A DNA stretch of 50,247 nt from Anthoceros angustus (Eukaryota; Plantae; Anthocerotophyta): contig MU008239.1 in the NCBI GenBank assembly GCA_010909165.1, positions 1 to 50,247 of the forward strand, given 5' to 3'. Of this stretch, positions 48,949-50,247 are shown in pieces; position 1 is the first letter of the stretch; each line of letters starts with the position of its first letter. A program made the position numbers and the translations under genes. The notes under the pieces were generated by a model. The model worked only from the letters and a program-made list of their open reading frames with translations. It was not told where the DNA came from and did no database searches.

Positions 48949-49996
48949 TGTGGTTTGGGAAAACCGGGCACTCCAGGTCCTCCCCTATAGCGGCCACACT
49001 TATCCCAACCAACCCGTCAGTTGGGTTTCGTCCATGAGACTTGTGTGAAAGTTCGAGGTCTTGTGATGCCCGATCGCCACCGCATGACACACTTCTCGAC
49101 CTTCTAAACAAGCAAGGCGCCCTACTCTCTCCCTCTTACAAAGAATGCCCGGTACTTGCACGCTGCTTCAAAAATCGCCAATCCTCAACCCTACAACGAC
49201 ACAAAACAATTGCAGTCCCTGCCTCGGCGGAGCCTATCACGGGCGCCAGGACCCCCACGATCCACACCGCGATTTCGTCCTACTTAAGGCCACTCTTCTC
49301 CACCTGTGGAGCGCTCTTTACTTGCAGTTGGGATTCGGCCCTTAGGCTCACTGTGGCCTTCCACTAACACCACACCTCTAATCCTCTACTCATCCTCTCA
49401 TCTCCTCATCCTCTTCCTCCCTAGTCTAACCTCGGCCTGGCTTCTGTTTCGACCGCCTTACGGCACAAGCCTGGGTCCGCCTCACCAAACCAAGTTCTTC
49501 CTTGGGCCGGCTATGGGTTTGACACTGAGACGAGAACCTCCTGTGAGTCTTTCCCCGAGTCTACCCTCAAGCCGAGGAGTTCTCGCATTTGCCACACCCA
49601 AAGCAAAGCAATTTCACAAAGAACCATTCACAAGTGGGAGCAACTCGTTTGCACTTACGTGAGCAAGTCCTCCACCAAGCACTCGACCACCGCGACTTCC
49701 TCTCTACTCTGTGTTGGCTCACAGTACCAGTAAATTCCTCAGAATGGCAAAGGACTCGATGGCGTGCAAGACATGATACTTTATTTGTGAAATCCTCCTC
49801 CTCTTATAGGAGGCCTTCCACATACAACCTCCCTTGGGTGACCCTACCGCAGGTCACCTTTTCCAATTTTCTATTATTTCCTAACCGCCAAAGATTTAAT
49901 GTCCTCCGGCACCTAAGTCTATTGTCTGTCCTCGCAATTCTATTCTAGCAACTTCACCTAAGTCATCCCTTTGAAGGATGTCAAAGTTACATCACA
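48949..49996 (-). repeat. 5' LTR of the host element (outer end uncertain, ~49.4-50.0 kb)
   Basis: Begins tgtgg next to the PBS. A candidate end tcaca at 49996 coincides with a shift to AT-rich DNA. There is no second copy in the window to confirm it. Confidence 0.5.
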
Positions 49997-50247
49997 TTGC
50001 CTCTTCTATTCTTCTTCCTAGCATTTATGGTCTTATCTAATCTAAATAAATCATATATGGAAGTACTCACTCGAAGTCATCATTCTAAATATATTTGCTG
50101 CACAGCAATGCATACATATATAGATCCAAAGTGACTCTTTTATCGATATCTACCTCATATTTTGTATTTATCTCGATATTATGTGAAAAAATTATATGAA
50201 GAAGGCGTTAGTCGATTATATTGACATTTGATTTTTTCCACGATATG

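Larger units (their letters stand above)
21900..49996 (-). mobile_element. Non-chromovirus (Athila-like) Ty3/gypsy LTR retrotransposon, split into three segments by two nested DNA elements; 3' LTR not found
   Basis: Colinear minus-strand order: LTR, PBS(tRNA-Asp), gag (48.7-47.7 kb and 38.0-37.1 kb), PR (36.3 kb), RT-RH (35.6-34.3 kb), IN (23.4-22.2 kb). Outer limits are approximate. Confidence 0.85.

Overview
This is nuclear DNA from a compact-genome land plant, probably a non-seed plant. Short ~85-190 bp introns would fit a hornwort or other bryophyte, but that is inference. The consensus is indel-rich, like unpolished long-read sequence, so even conserved genes show scattered frameshifts. 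Layout: (1) 0.5-4.1 kb is degenerate minisatellite and duplicated DNA. (2) 4.7-12 kb is a dense gene island: a pTAC5-N-terminus-like ORF, an intronless plastid-type rhodanese head-to-head with a 12-exon EXO70A gene, and a GIL1/IRKI-like (DUF641) gene. (3) 14053-19942 is a structurally complete Ty3/gypsy chromovirus with TSD CAATC. (4) ~22-50 kb is a minus-strand Athila-like Ty3/gypsy element (tRNA-Asp PBS) split into three pieces by two ~10 kb related DNA elements in opposite orientations (23694-33895 and 37999-47663). Each insert encodes an intron-containing DUF3504/Crypton-type tyrosine recombinase, a divergent conserved multi-exon gene of unknown function, and a conserved downstream coiled-coil ORF. 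Neither has evident TIRs or LTRs. Each is bounded by a CGC core repeat and sits in the same target motif, CGC^AG, in a fixed orientation. This cargo-carrying Crypton-like transposon family in a land plant is the main finding.
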